Assembly: GCF_902713615.1 (NCBI RefSeq)
Contig: NC_052147.1
Location: 19,394,276-19,458,275, forward strand
Reading direction: 5' to 3'
DNA: 64,000 nucleotides
Source: Scyliorhinus canicula
Taxonomy: Eukaryota
Under the pieces are notes generated by a model that made no database searches, was not told the origin of the DNA, and saw only the letters and a list, made by a program, of their open reading frames with translations. The position numbers and the translations under genes are program-made. This document shows, piece by piece, positions 37,431-48,616 of the stretch (position 1 is its first letter; every line of letters begins with the position of its first letter).

Positions 37431-38169
37431 TTGGATACTTACATGAGGGAGAATGGACTATCGGGCTATGCTGATTGGGTTGGCTGAGATGGGAGGAGAC
37501 TCATGTAGAGTATAAACAATCAATGTGGACAGTTGACTTCTTCCACACTGTGAAGTCTATATGGAATTCTATGTAGCTGCGAAACTAAGGGAATACCTTC
37601 AAGGAAGGGGGCAAAAATTGGACAACAAAAACACCCTGCATCGAAGGAATACATTAAATACATTACTACTTATTGACATATTTGTTCTTGGACTGTAATT
37701 TACCGGTGGGTTATGCAGAGAACAATTCAACAAAGGTGTGTACAGTAACACATTCAGTTGGGACTGGCATTTGTGGAGATTAAGCAGTGCATAACAAAAT
37801 GCGCTGGAGGGGTCTGTTAGTCACTGTTGTTCAACCTCTCTGAGACATGGCATCACTTTTTCTGTGCGTATTCTTTTATTTGATTCCGACCGATGAATAA
37901 CAGTTTCCTGCTGTGAACCAAACTCCACTACACTGTTTCACAGTTGGTTGGCTCCATACGCCCAAAACTTACCTTAAACCCCACAGTAGCAGAACACCGA
38001 AAAACGCTCATTTCAGTCAACGCTGCTCATTTCTTGGAAAGCACTGTTACGCACGCCAGTAAAAACTTTGTTTTTAAGGAGTTCAGCTCATTCTAATAGC
38101 GAGCTAAACTGGACATTATCCTTGTGTGACGTCAAGTGCCAGTAACCCTGCTCTCACCTTTCGGTCATT

Positions 38170-38480
38170 GGTTCCATTCTCACTCTCAAGACTTAAACAC
38201 ATAATTTAAGATGACATTTGGACGTGCGACACTGAGGGACTGCTGCACTGTCAGATGAGCTACCTTTCAGTTGCGACATTAAACCGAGGCCCTTTTTGAC
38301 CTCCGGGGGATACAAAAGACCCCGTGACATTATTTGAAACAAAGCCAGGGTTCATATCTCCGGTATCCTTCAATTAACATTAGTTTTTTTTAAAAACAGC
38401 TTCTCTGCTTATTGCTGACATGGGATCTTCCTGTGCGCAAATTGGCTGTCACATTTCTTACATCAGCACGTTGAGTTGAA
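38170..38480 (+). mobile_element. DeuSINE (SacSINE1/AmnSINE1-like) remnant
   Basis: Deu-domain-like text ACTGAGGGACTGCTGCACTG...TTAAACCGAGGCCC...AAAAGACCCC...CTGTGCGCAAATTGGCTG; tail AAATGCAAGTCT displaced to ~39133. Confidence 0.65.
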
Positions 38481-38486
38481 AAGTGT

Positions 38487-38710
38487 ACAGTAAGAAGTCT
38501 TACAACATCAGGTTAAAGTCCGACAGGTTTGTTTCGAATCACTAGCTTTCGGAGCACTGCTCCTTCCTCAGGTGAATTGTGCTCATTCACCTGAGGAAGG
38601 AGCTGCACTCCAAAAGCTAGTGATTTGAAACAAACCTGTTGGATTTTAACCTGATGTTGTAAAACGTCTTACTGTGCCCACCCCAATCCAATGGCGGCAT
38701 CTCCACATCT
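38487..38710. mobile_element. Penelope-like pseudo-LTR pair in inverted orientation (~90-bp arms, 7-nt loop)
   Basis: 38487-38577 is the near-perfect reverse complement of 38585-38675. Confidence 0.85.
38539..38575 (-). ncRNA. Minimal type I hammerhead ribozyme motif
   Basis: TCAC-CTGAGGA-A-GGAGC-AGT-GCTCC-GAAA-GC-TA-GTGA: CUGANGA and GAAA boxes, 5-bp stem II, TCAC/GTGA stem I, palindromic AGCT minimal stem III. Confidence 0.75.
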
Positions 38711-38760
38711 TGAAAAATGTAGTTCACAGGCTGCACAGATCCTGAGGAGGTGGTATAAAG

Positions 38761-39127
38761 TTATGAAGGGAATAGATAAGATAGATGCGGGAGGTTGTTT
38801 CCACTAGTGGGTGAAATCAGAACTAGCAGGCATAGCCTCAAAATAAGGGGAAGTAGATTTAGGACTGAGTTTAGGAGGAACTTCTTCACCCAAAAGGTTG
38901 TGAATCTGGAATTCCCTGCCCAGTGAAGCAGTTGAGGCTCCTTCATTAAATGTTTTCAAGTTAAAGATAGATAGTTTTTTGAAGAATAAAGGAATAAAGG
39001 GTTATGGTGTTCGGGCAGGAAAGTGGAGCTGAGTCCACAAAAGATCAGCCATGATCTCATTGAATGGCAGAGCAGGCTCGAAGGGCCAGATGGCCTACTC
39101 CTGCACCTAGTCCTTATGTTCTTATGT
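38761..39127 (+). mobile_element. CR1 LINE 3' end
   Basis: TTCTTCACCCAAAAGGTTGTGAATCTGGAATTC segment; (CTTATGTT)n tail. Confidence 0.85.
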
Positions 39128-39943
39128 TACACAAATGCAAGTCTCCCTTTCTTTAAGATTGCACGCTAGATGTAACATGTCACATCAGGACTACATTCTC
39201 AGTTGGTTGTGCAGCTACCAAGTTCCAGGGATGGAGCGAGAAGGAACAAGCTGTTCTTCTACTTTACTTTCCAATTAACGCTGTTCCTTTAACTGGCTCA
39301 TACCACGTCCCTGCGCAGACATTAATCTGAATATCAAACTGTAGCTCATCTCACACCTCTCCTCAGTTCTGTTTGTATTGATTCCAATTGGGAGGTGTGA
39401 ATCACTGTCTTCTATTATACACAGGCTGATCCCCCACAATGGAAAATATACATTTCATTATTTACCTCTTTAACATTCTTTGCTTTTTGGACATCAGTCA
39501 TTATGCTGCTTTCCTTAAAGCTTTAGCTGCAGGCTGTTACACTTAATCCTTGCTGTGAAAATCCGTTTGAAAGATCAATCCACTGGAAAGATTAATCACT
39601 GATGTTAACCCTCTTTGTGTTTTGTCAGATTTCTTTGTGGGCATTTGCAACTTTATTTTGTTTAAACCCCGCAAGTGCCGATGGCCCCATTCAGGGCAGC
39701 CAAAGAGTGATCACACCTCACAGCGATGGAAGCAGAATGAATATCGATATGCAGTGACTAACCCAGTATTATTAACGACTGTTCCGCATGCCTGGGTGCA
39801 GTACCTCCTCCAGATCAGCGCCTTCAATAATACATCGGCAGCACTTTTCCAAACAAAAGACGTCTCCTTGTTAAAGAATTTCCGCAAAGGATTAGGAGGT
39901 TGTTGCTGTTCTTTGTTTTTTGTTCTTTCAGGGTGGTGAAGGT

Positions 39944-40269
39944 TGTAATGTTAACAAAGAACAGCAAGCAGTATTTAAAAAACAAAGCTAATTTGTTACA
40001 CTGCACTGAATTAGATTCGAACATATTACTAAGGAATTAGTTCAGTAAAGATTACACTACGCATCTACAATACTTAAATAAGCTATCAGTTAAACTACCT
40101 CACACCTACTCTGTCTCTACTTCTCTTGCTCTCTCCTGCTCTCTCCCACTCTCTCTGAGAAGTCAAAGAGGCATGTGATATTTATATGGTTGCTCTATAG
40201 CACCATCTAGTGATTAGAGTACATTACACTAACCTTTTATGTACTCTACAATATCCACATATTGTGACA
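39944..40269 (-). mobile_element. Possible solo LTR
   Basis: TG...CA bounded; TATAAAT and CACTAGATGGTGC on the minus strand in an arrangement like the Gypsy LTR; no TSD confirmed. Confidence 0.4.
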
Positions 40270-40588
40270 GCTGTCGGAGGAGCACATTCTCCTGACGCCT
40301 CAGCAACCACAATCCAGCTGTTGCACACAAGACCACTCCACCGCAGTTACAAGTGTTTTGATGCAAGGCTGCAGGAAAAGAAGAAACTCCCTCCTATATT
40401 AGGAGGGGGGAAGTTGGGAATAAGGTCTGTTCAGTGCAGAGGGAGCTTTACTCTGGACCTGGTCGCTCACAGGTTGGGCTGAGCATGTGCAATTACTGAC
40501 AATGAGTGGTACACATTGGAAAATGTTCCATTCTTCAGCAACAACATCCCTGAAGTGAACTAATACACCAGAAAAAAAAAATCATCCT

Positions 40589-41810
40589 CTACACTGGGGA
40601 GACTAAACGCAGACTGGGTGACCGCTTTGCGGACGACCTTCTCTCCGCCCACAAGCATAACTCCAACCTTGGGAAGCACGGTAGCATGGTGGATGGCACA
40701 ATTGAATCGCAGCTCCAGGGTCCCAGGTTCGATTCCGGCTTGGGTCACTGTCTGTGCGGAGTCTGCACCTCCTCCCCGTGTGTGCGTGGGTTTCCTCCGG
40801 GTGCTCCGGTTTCCTCCCACAGTCCAAAGATGTGCAGCTTAGGTGGATTGGCCGTGGTAAATTGCCCTTAGGGTTCAAAATTGCCCTTAGTGTTGGGTGG
40901 GGTTACTGGGTTATGGGGATAGGGTGGATGTGTTGACCTTGGGTAGGGTGCTCTTTCCGGGAGCCGGTGCGGACTCGATGGGCCGAGTGGCCTCCTTCTG
41001 CACTGTAAATTCTATGATTATCTAGGAACCTTCCCATCACTTTCCATTTCAACTCAGCATCTTGCTCCCATGTCCATCCTGGGCCTGTTGCAATGCGCCA
41101 GTGATAAATAATGCAAACTGGAAGAAGAGCACCTCTGGCGGGTTTCCCTGCCGGTGGGATTCTCCGCTTTGCCGGCGCCCGGGGGTTTCCCGACGGCGTG
41201 GGACTGCCGCCAATGGGAAATCCCATTGACCGTCCGGCATAACGGAGAATCCCACCGGTGGGTCGAGGCAGAAATGTAGCGCTGCAGGGCGGAGAATCCA
41301 GTCCCTCATCTTCCGATTAGGCTTTCTGGACTCAACATTCAGCTCAACAACTTTAGACGATGAACTTTCCCTTCATCTGCCCCCCCCCCCCCCCCACCCC
41401 ACCCTTTTTGTAGTTTGTTGCTTGTTGTTTTTCAGTTCCCTTGGCCTGCCCCAATAAACCACCACCCCTTTCCCACATGTCCACCAGTCTCTTGTTGTTC
41501 GCTTTAACTCCCATTAACACATTAACAGCCAACTTACCTTTTTCCCACTATTAACACTCTTCATCCCTTACTGGCACCATAAACACTCCCTTTTGTCTCA
41601 TGCTCATGACACCTTTGTCAATGTTTCCTTTGCCCCAACCTATCCCTGTTCTATTCTGCCTCACCTCCTCCTCCCACCTTTCCTACTGTATAATTCATCA
41701 TATTTCTACCGATCTTCAGCTCTGTCAAATGACTCGAAACATTAACTCTGCTTCCCTTGTCACAGATGCAGCCAGACCTGCTGAGTTTATCCAACATTTT
41801 CTGTTTTATT
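40589..41810 (+). mobile_element. Penelope-like GIY-YIG 3' fragment hosting an HE1 SINE (40671-41017) and a MITE (41136-41305)
   Basis: YTGETKRRLGDRFA and CKLEEEHL/IFRLG peptides are split by the insertions; AACCTT and CTC duplications flank them. Confidence 0.75.
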
Positions 41811-42059
41811 TATGATTTTAAAGTAATGGGTACTGATGGGAAAGCACTTTAAAACCTTTGATTTGTCAGATGTGGACACACCCTCGTGGAACAATGAGGT
41901 TCAAAGCATTAGGGAGAATATTAGTGAGTTAGAGATATTTGAAATCTTCATACTTTTATTTACATAAAGAGGTAATCAGCACGGGCATAAATGTGTAACT
42001 TAAATACCAAATAATATCACAGTCTCTTCCGTATAAAATAGTTGCCTCCCAGATTGAGG

Positions 42060-42600
42060 TCATTATCATATATGTGCCGGCCTTTTGCAAGAACAACTCA
42101 GATAGTCCCTCTCTCCTGCCCTCTCCCTGTAGCCTGACCAATTGTTTCTCCTCAGGAGTTTATCCAAGTTCCCTTTGAATGCTACAACTGAACCTTTTTC
42201 CACCACACCCTCAGGCAGTGCATCCCAGATCCCAAAGACTGAAACACCTGGGCCCGAATCCATAAAGACAAATAGGCACTTAATTTGATACCCCCTGGCA
42301 CAAGGGGGAGGGGGAGAAAGCGACAATAAATATCAAGTAAAAGTTAAACATATGGCCAAGAAGGATGGCCAAATACAGTCAATAAGTCCCTCATCCCAGG
42401 AACCATTCTCAAAAACCTTTCCTGCATCTCTCTCATCCCGCCACAACTGGGGAAAGTGCGGGCCCCGGAACTGGACACAATACTCCAGCTGAGGCGACAC
42501 CAGCGTTTTAAACAGATCCGCCATTTTGTGCCCTGCCTGTATTTACAAAGCCCAGGATCCTGCATCAGATTTTAACCCCTTTCTCAATGTGTCCGCCCAT
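42060..42600 (-). mobile_element. Old CR1 3' fragment
   Basis: LVSPQLEYCVQF, IWDALPEGVVE. Confidence 0.7.
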
Positions 42601-43633
42601 CTTCAATAATTTCTCCACATTAACATCCAATACCTGTAAGCGAATAGAACTTTAAAACACAAATTTATTTCATTGTTCGCACCCATTTTGTTCGCTAATT
42701 ATAAATTGTAACTGCAAACTGGAGTTAAGTGACCTTTTTTAAACCAAGTCCACACTTTCAGTCATAACAGCCTCTGTGTAATTTGTTATTTCAAGCAAAT
42801 TGCAGCCTAACTGTGGGATACAATTCAAAAAATGTCTCATTTGTGACAGGAAATGACTTAATACAAATTAATATTTCATTTGGAATTCAAGCTGGATAAA
42901 AAGAATTTAACTGTTGCAGCATTGTTTCTCTTTCCAGCGGATGACAAATTTATCACTTGTTTTATATTAATGTTAAATTCTTCAACACAGTGCAACTTGT
43001 GGCTTCGGGTGATATGTACTCCAGTTAATGGCAGCTGTAGGACACTTGGGCCTTGATTAGGGAGCCTCCACCCCCATCCTAACCCCCCCTCACTCTTCGT
43101 AATTTGGTAAAATGTTCCAATTATCTAAATTCATTCCAATTGAAGAAAACCTGGTCGAATACGCAGACGGAGTTGGAACAAACATCCCCTTTTTCCAGTA
43201 ATCGTCTCATCTCTCCTGAAGACCCCATAGAATAGAAATCATAAATTTGTGAATTAGTGCAGAGCGGGTGATCGGGACACCATTGAACCATTGGCGCCAT
43301 GACCTTGACATTGGGCCTTTTCTCCATTATCCACCATAATCCCGCATTTTTGTTCATCTACCATACCCTTTCCAAGCCTACCTCCTAGCTCCAAGGAGCC
43401 ACTCACAGCATATGACTATCCTGTTGGAAGCAGACCTAATCAATTTGAATTTATAGATGCAAGGGCTTGTCAGGCAAGATGAGAAAGTGAGCAGATATCA
43501 AGGCATTGATTGGTCATGTTAAAAACTATTGCTGAGTTGATTATCTATACACCGCTTCATTTATCCGTGCTAAAGTATGTCTCACCAGAGGACTAGTTAG
43601 AAGTAGGGTGATAATGCTGACGAAAATGGACTA

Positions 43634-44771
43634 TTGGACTTCAGTAAGGCCTTTGACAAGGTCCCTCATGATAGACCGGTACAAAAGGTGAAGTCACACG
43701 GGATCAAGGGTGAGCTGGCAAGGTGGATACAGAACTGGCTAGGTCATAGAAGGCAGAGAGTAGCAATGGAAGGGTGCTTTTCTAATTGGAGGGCTGTGAC
43801 TAGTGGTGTTCCGCAGGGATCAGTGCTGGGACCTTTGCTGTTTGTAGTATATATAAATGATTTGGAGGAAAATGTAACTGGTCTGATTAGTATGTTTGCA
43901 GACGACACAAAGGTTGGTGGAATTGCGGATAGCGATGAGGACCGTCAGAGGATACAGCAGGATTTAGATCGTTTGGAGACTTGGGCGGAGAGATGGTAGA
44001 TGGAGTTTAATCCGGACAAATGTGAGGTAATGCATTTTGGAAGGTCTAATGCAGGTGGAGAATATACAGTGAATGGTAGAACCCTCAAGAGTATTGACAG
44101 TCAGAGAGATCTAGGTGTACAGGTCCACAGGTCACTGAAAGGGGCAACACAGGTCAAGAAGGCATATGGCATTGCGTATAGGAATTGGCAAGTCATGGTG
44201 CAGTTGTATAGAACCTTAGTTAGGCCACACTTGGAGCATAGTGTTCAATTCTGGTCGCCACACTACCAGAAGGATGTGGAGGCTTTAGAGAAGGTGCAGA
44301 AGAGATTTACCAGGATGTTGCCTGGTATGGAGGGCATTATCTATGAGGAGTGGTTGAATAAACTTGGTTTGTTCTCACTGGAACGACGGAGGTTGAGGGG
44401 TGACCTGATAGAGGTCTACAAAATTCTGAGGGGCACACAGAGTGGATAGTCAGAGGCTTTTTCCCAGGGTAGAAGGTTTAATTACTAGAGGGCATAGGTT
44501 TAAGGTGCGAGGGGCAAAGTTCAGAGGAGATGTATCAGGCAAGTTTTTTACACAGAGGGTAGTTGGTGCCTGGAACTCGCTGCCGGAGGAGCTGGTGGAA
44601 GCAGGGACGATAGTGACATTTAAGGGGCATCTTGACAAATACATGAATAGGATGGGAATAGAGGGGTACGGACCCAGGAAGTGTAGAAGATTTTAGTTCA
44701 GACGGGCAGCATGGTCGGCACAGGCTTGGAGGGCCGAAGGGCCTGTTCCTGTGCTGTACTTTTCTTTGTTC
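43634..44771 (+). mobile_element. CR1 LINE 3' part (young, HER1-like)
   Basis: DFSKAFDKVPH, VTSGVPQGSVLGPLLF, FADDTK, LYRTLVRPHLE; 3' end GGGCCGAAGGGCCTGTTCCTGTGCTGTA shared with HE1 SINEs. Confidence 0.92.
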
Positions 44772-44922
44772 GAAAATCTGGATTCTTTTAACTTACATGT
44801 CTCAGCACCTGACCATATGGTGCACTTCTTATGGAACACAACTTGCATTTATATTGCATACTTAACATTTCAAAAACATCTCAAGTTGCTGAAGAGCGCG
44901 ATTGAACCAAAACATTTCTAAG

Positions 44923-45897
44923 CTGGATTCTTCCACTCCGCCCGCCCCAAGATTGGCACAGGCGAGACACGGACAATGGGAAAGTCCATTGACCTCGGGC
45001 GGGATTCCCCAGTCACCGGCCACGCTCGGTCAGAGAATCCCGCCCTAAGTGTCATTTTGGGCAAGTTTGCCGGGGTGCTTCTCACTGTTTGTTTGGGTGA
45101 GATTCACGCCGCTATTCAATCACAGCTGGGACGCAATCTAGCGGTCGCGTCCCACCTGAACGGGATCTAATGGAATTGTGCGAGATGTCCCAATCTGAAT
45201 CCTGCCCATTGTGGGCGGGATCAGTATTTGGCAAATCTGCATACTAGAGAGAACACCTAGGTTGGGACTTTTTGGCAGTGCCCTCCCTGCGACCGGAAAT
45301 TCCCGCCCGAGCTTAACGGACATTTATATGGTCGCCACGCCATCCGTGGCGATCTTGTGACGGGCGCGGCCAAAATATCCAGCCCCTAGTCTTACTCTAA
45401 TATGCGTTTGCCTGATCTACCCGAGTTCCTGGAATCTATACCCCTTTGCCTTGGAGACCTTAGGCGAGTACTGTTTAGTACTGGTGCCCAGCAGGGAGAG
45501 GGAGGTGGTTGGCTGGCTTGCAGGCAAGGTGGCATCCTGAGACTGCCAGGCTGCAATGCTGGCATTGTGCCCATGCTGGTGTTCGGCCCAGGGGTGCCCT
45601 GCCCATGTGGGGTGCAGAGGAGGACCCCGTGGTTGTGGGGGAGGGTTTGAATGATTGGGGCGCCATTTAACACTGGTGGCCTGATCTCCTTCTGGACTGA
45701 AGACTTTTGGCGAGCAGAACTCCTCAGTGAAGTAAATGGGACCGTGTAGTCTTGGAGGGTATGCCAGGATGGTAATGCCATGGTGGCAGGGCCATGGTGC
45801 CTGGGTGCAAAATGGAGAGCCAGGGGGCCACCCTTCCCTGTCCCTGACCACCCAGGGCTCTCCAATGATCGAGGACAGCCCCCCCCCCCCCCCACCC

Positions 45898-45934
<37 letters not shown>

Positions 45935-46200
45935 AGGTACTGTTAGGCCTGTTTCATGTTTGTGTGGACCAGTACTAAATGGCACCCAGTCCAGGCCTCG
46001 CTGGGGAAGCCGTTAGTTCCTGGGTTCCGGGAGAGTCTGGCGCAGACATATTTAAATGAGCCGTAGGGATCAGGTATGGGCGAGATCCAGGTCACGATGT
46101 CTCGCGAGGTTCAGATGAATCTCGCTAGATGCCTCAAGCATCGCGAATCTCTCACAACATTCCCCGGCCTTGTCGCATCACCAAGTCGATGTGCCAGGCC
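44923..46200. mobile_element. Cluster of nested GC-rich MITEs
   Basis: GCTGGATTCT...AGAATCCCGCCC (44923-45046), a similar unit at ~45260-45387, a larger host element and a poly-C run at 45878-45934. Confidence 0.6.
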
Positions 46201-46902
46201 GATAAACCACGCCCAGATTTTCAATGTCAAACAAACCTCAGACCCGGATGCTATGGCAAGTACAACGCTGAGACAGGATACCAAACTCATTTCCAAACAC
46301 AGTATAGTCAACACACAAACGGCAAGTTAGCACAACAGGGAAATCTGGCGTCCTCATATTCGCTTTGTCTGATGACAAAATGTTTATTTTTCAACAGGCT
46401 ACTCGTAAAACCTTAATATTAGCCGAATGTTTTGGTTATTTCTTTCTGGTATCCAACATTGCAAACATGGCCCCATGAATAAAAATGAGGGTTTGAGCTT
46501 CCGGTTTAATTGAAAAGGAACGTGAACATTGCATGCAGCGATTTCACCGTTTGCCGCTTGGCCTCTTCTTGTCATTGATTTGTTAATTTAGTCGGCACAG
46601 ACATAAACTTGTTCACATCCACTGGCCATAGACCCATCGAGTCTCGCTAGTTTCCAGCAGGTGGTTTGTATACTGATCATGCTGCATTATGGGTATGGAC
46701 AACGAAAGGTCCTGGGAGTGTTTCCAACAACAGCCAGATCTCCAGTCGATCAAGTATGAAGTTAGCAAAACCATGGGGTCGTTCACGTATTGCCCGATGA
46801 AGTGTTCATTTGGGTTAGAGACACGCTGGCAGTGGGAGGTGAGGGATGGAGGCATGAAATTAAAGGCAGAATTTTAAAAAAGAAAACTGTTCCATCTCTT
46901 AC

Positions 46903-47022
46903 CATCACAACCTGTTCCATCTGAGTTTAATTCATATCCAGTATCGCAGCGACAGAAGTAGGAACCATGCGTGTTGATGCAATGCTGGCTACAAGGATTC
47001 TCTCCAGCACATTCATCGACAT
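46903..47022 (-). CDS. FBLN5: Fibulin-5 coding exon (equivalent to exon 7; cbEGF)
   Basis: 120 bp, AG/GTAAG bounded; [40 protein letters not shown]; phase 1/1. Confidence 0.95.
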
Positions 47023-47303
47023 CTACAGGACGGAGAACAAGTATCAGCACAGTGAGTCACTTTTGGGGGATAAAATATATCAGATGTCCTTTATCCCCCT
47101 CTGAAAATCATGCGATGACTCTCAAAAACCAATGCACAAACCTTTAATTTTTTAATAATCTTTTTAATAATGTTTATTGTTACAAGTTGGCTTGCATTAA
47201 TACTGCAACGAAGTTACTGCGAAAAGCCCCTAGTTGCCACAATCCAGCGCCTGTTCAGGTACACAGAGGGAGAATTCAAAATGTCTAATTCACCTAATAG
47301 CAA

Positions 47304-47950
47304 GGGTTGGATTCTCCGATTCTGAGACTAAGTGCTGAAGCCGACGTGAGCCTTTTACGACTGAAAAAGCGGCGCACAACAGCCACCGATCCCCCGTCTG
47401 GTGGGGGGGGGGGGGGGGGGGCCTAGCCGGCACGCAGCGTAAAGCCCCTGGCTCTGGCTACCGATACGGCCGGAGAATTGCTGGGTCCATGGCCGCGCAT
47501 GCGCACGGCGGCGGCCTCCGGCAGTCGCACCGTGCAACATGGCACCAGCTGCGCCTGGACCTGGCCTGCCAAATAGTGACCCCCTTTGGCCAGGTTCGCC
47601 ACCCCCGGACCACCCCCCCCACCGGTGGCCCCAGCTCCCGCCAAATTCCTCTGCCCGCAGATCGGTCCTCCCCGACTGTGGCGATGCTGGACTCAGTCCC
47701 GACAATAAAATTGCATGAGAGACCCACGCCGTCGGGAACTCGGCTCATCGGGGGAGGAGCATCGGGGGGGGGAGGGCCTCAGGTAACATCATGAGGCCGT
47801 CCATACGGTATGCGGCGTACTCTGCAAGTATGCCATTTTGGAGGGGGCGGAGCATCACAAAAATGGCGCCGCCCCCATTTCGGCGCCAACATGGATTCTC
47901 CGGCTGTTCGTCGAACACGATTTCGGCGTCGGAGACAGGAGAATCCCGCC
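47304..47950. mobile_element. GC-rich MITE splitting a minus-strand SINE (47160-47303 and 47951-48136)
   Basis: TIRs GGGTTGGATTCTCC / GGAGAATCCCGCC; SINE sequence is continuous across the insertion. Confidence 0.8.
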
Positions 47951-48616
47951 ACATGTCTTTCGGGACTTGTGGGAGGAAACCGGAGCACCAGGAGGGAACC
48001 CACGCAGACATGGGGAGAACGTGCAGACTCCGCACTGTGACCCAAGCCGGGTATCGAACCTGGGACCCTAGCGCTGTGATGCCACAGTTCTAACCACTGT
48101 GCTACCGTGCCACCCAACTGTGCCACCGTGCCACCCATAGGGCCACATAGAGGCTACAAGAGGCAACTAGCAAAGAAAACAGCATCAAAGACATGCACAT
48201 GGCTACATTTCTGTACATGAGATGAAAAGATACCACAGTTTTGATTCTAATAATTAGAAACAGCTACATGAGAAAAGTGAAAAATCGCCTTCTGTCCAAA
48301 GCAACAAGGGGGCTTGATGACCAAAACTGGAAGTTTGATGACCACAACTGGGGCAGCATGTGCTTGTTAGGTAATTTGGACATTCTGAATTCTCCCTCTG
48401 TGTACCTGAGCAGGCGCCGGAATGTGGCGACTGGGAACTTCTCACTTCCTTGACAGAGACAGAGTGGATAGTCAGGGTATCCCAGGGTAGTGGAGTCAAT
48501 TTCTAGGGAGCATAGGTTTAAGGTGCAAGGGACAAGGTTTAGGGGAGATGTACGAGGCACGTTTTTACACAGGGAGTGGGTGCCTGGAACTCGCTGCCGG
48601 AGGAGGTGGTGGAAGC

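Noticed and set aside
39622-39939. Plus-strand ORF after a good acceptor, with a faint FN3-like QYLLQISAFNN
   Set aside because: No other FN3 hallmarks and no partner exons; it is antisense within an FBLN5 intron, so probably chance
43100-43633. Coding-looking unique sequence abutting the 5' end of a CR1 (possible captured viral or mRNA fragment)
   Set aside because: Manual translation of several frames gave stops and no recognisable motif; a BLASTX search would be needed
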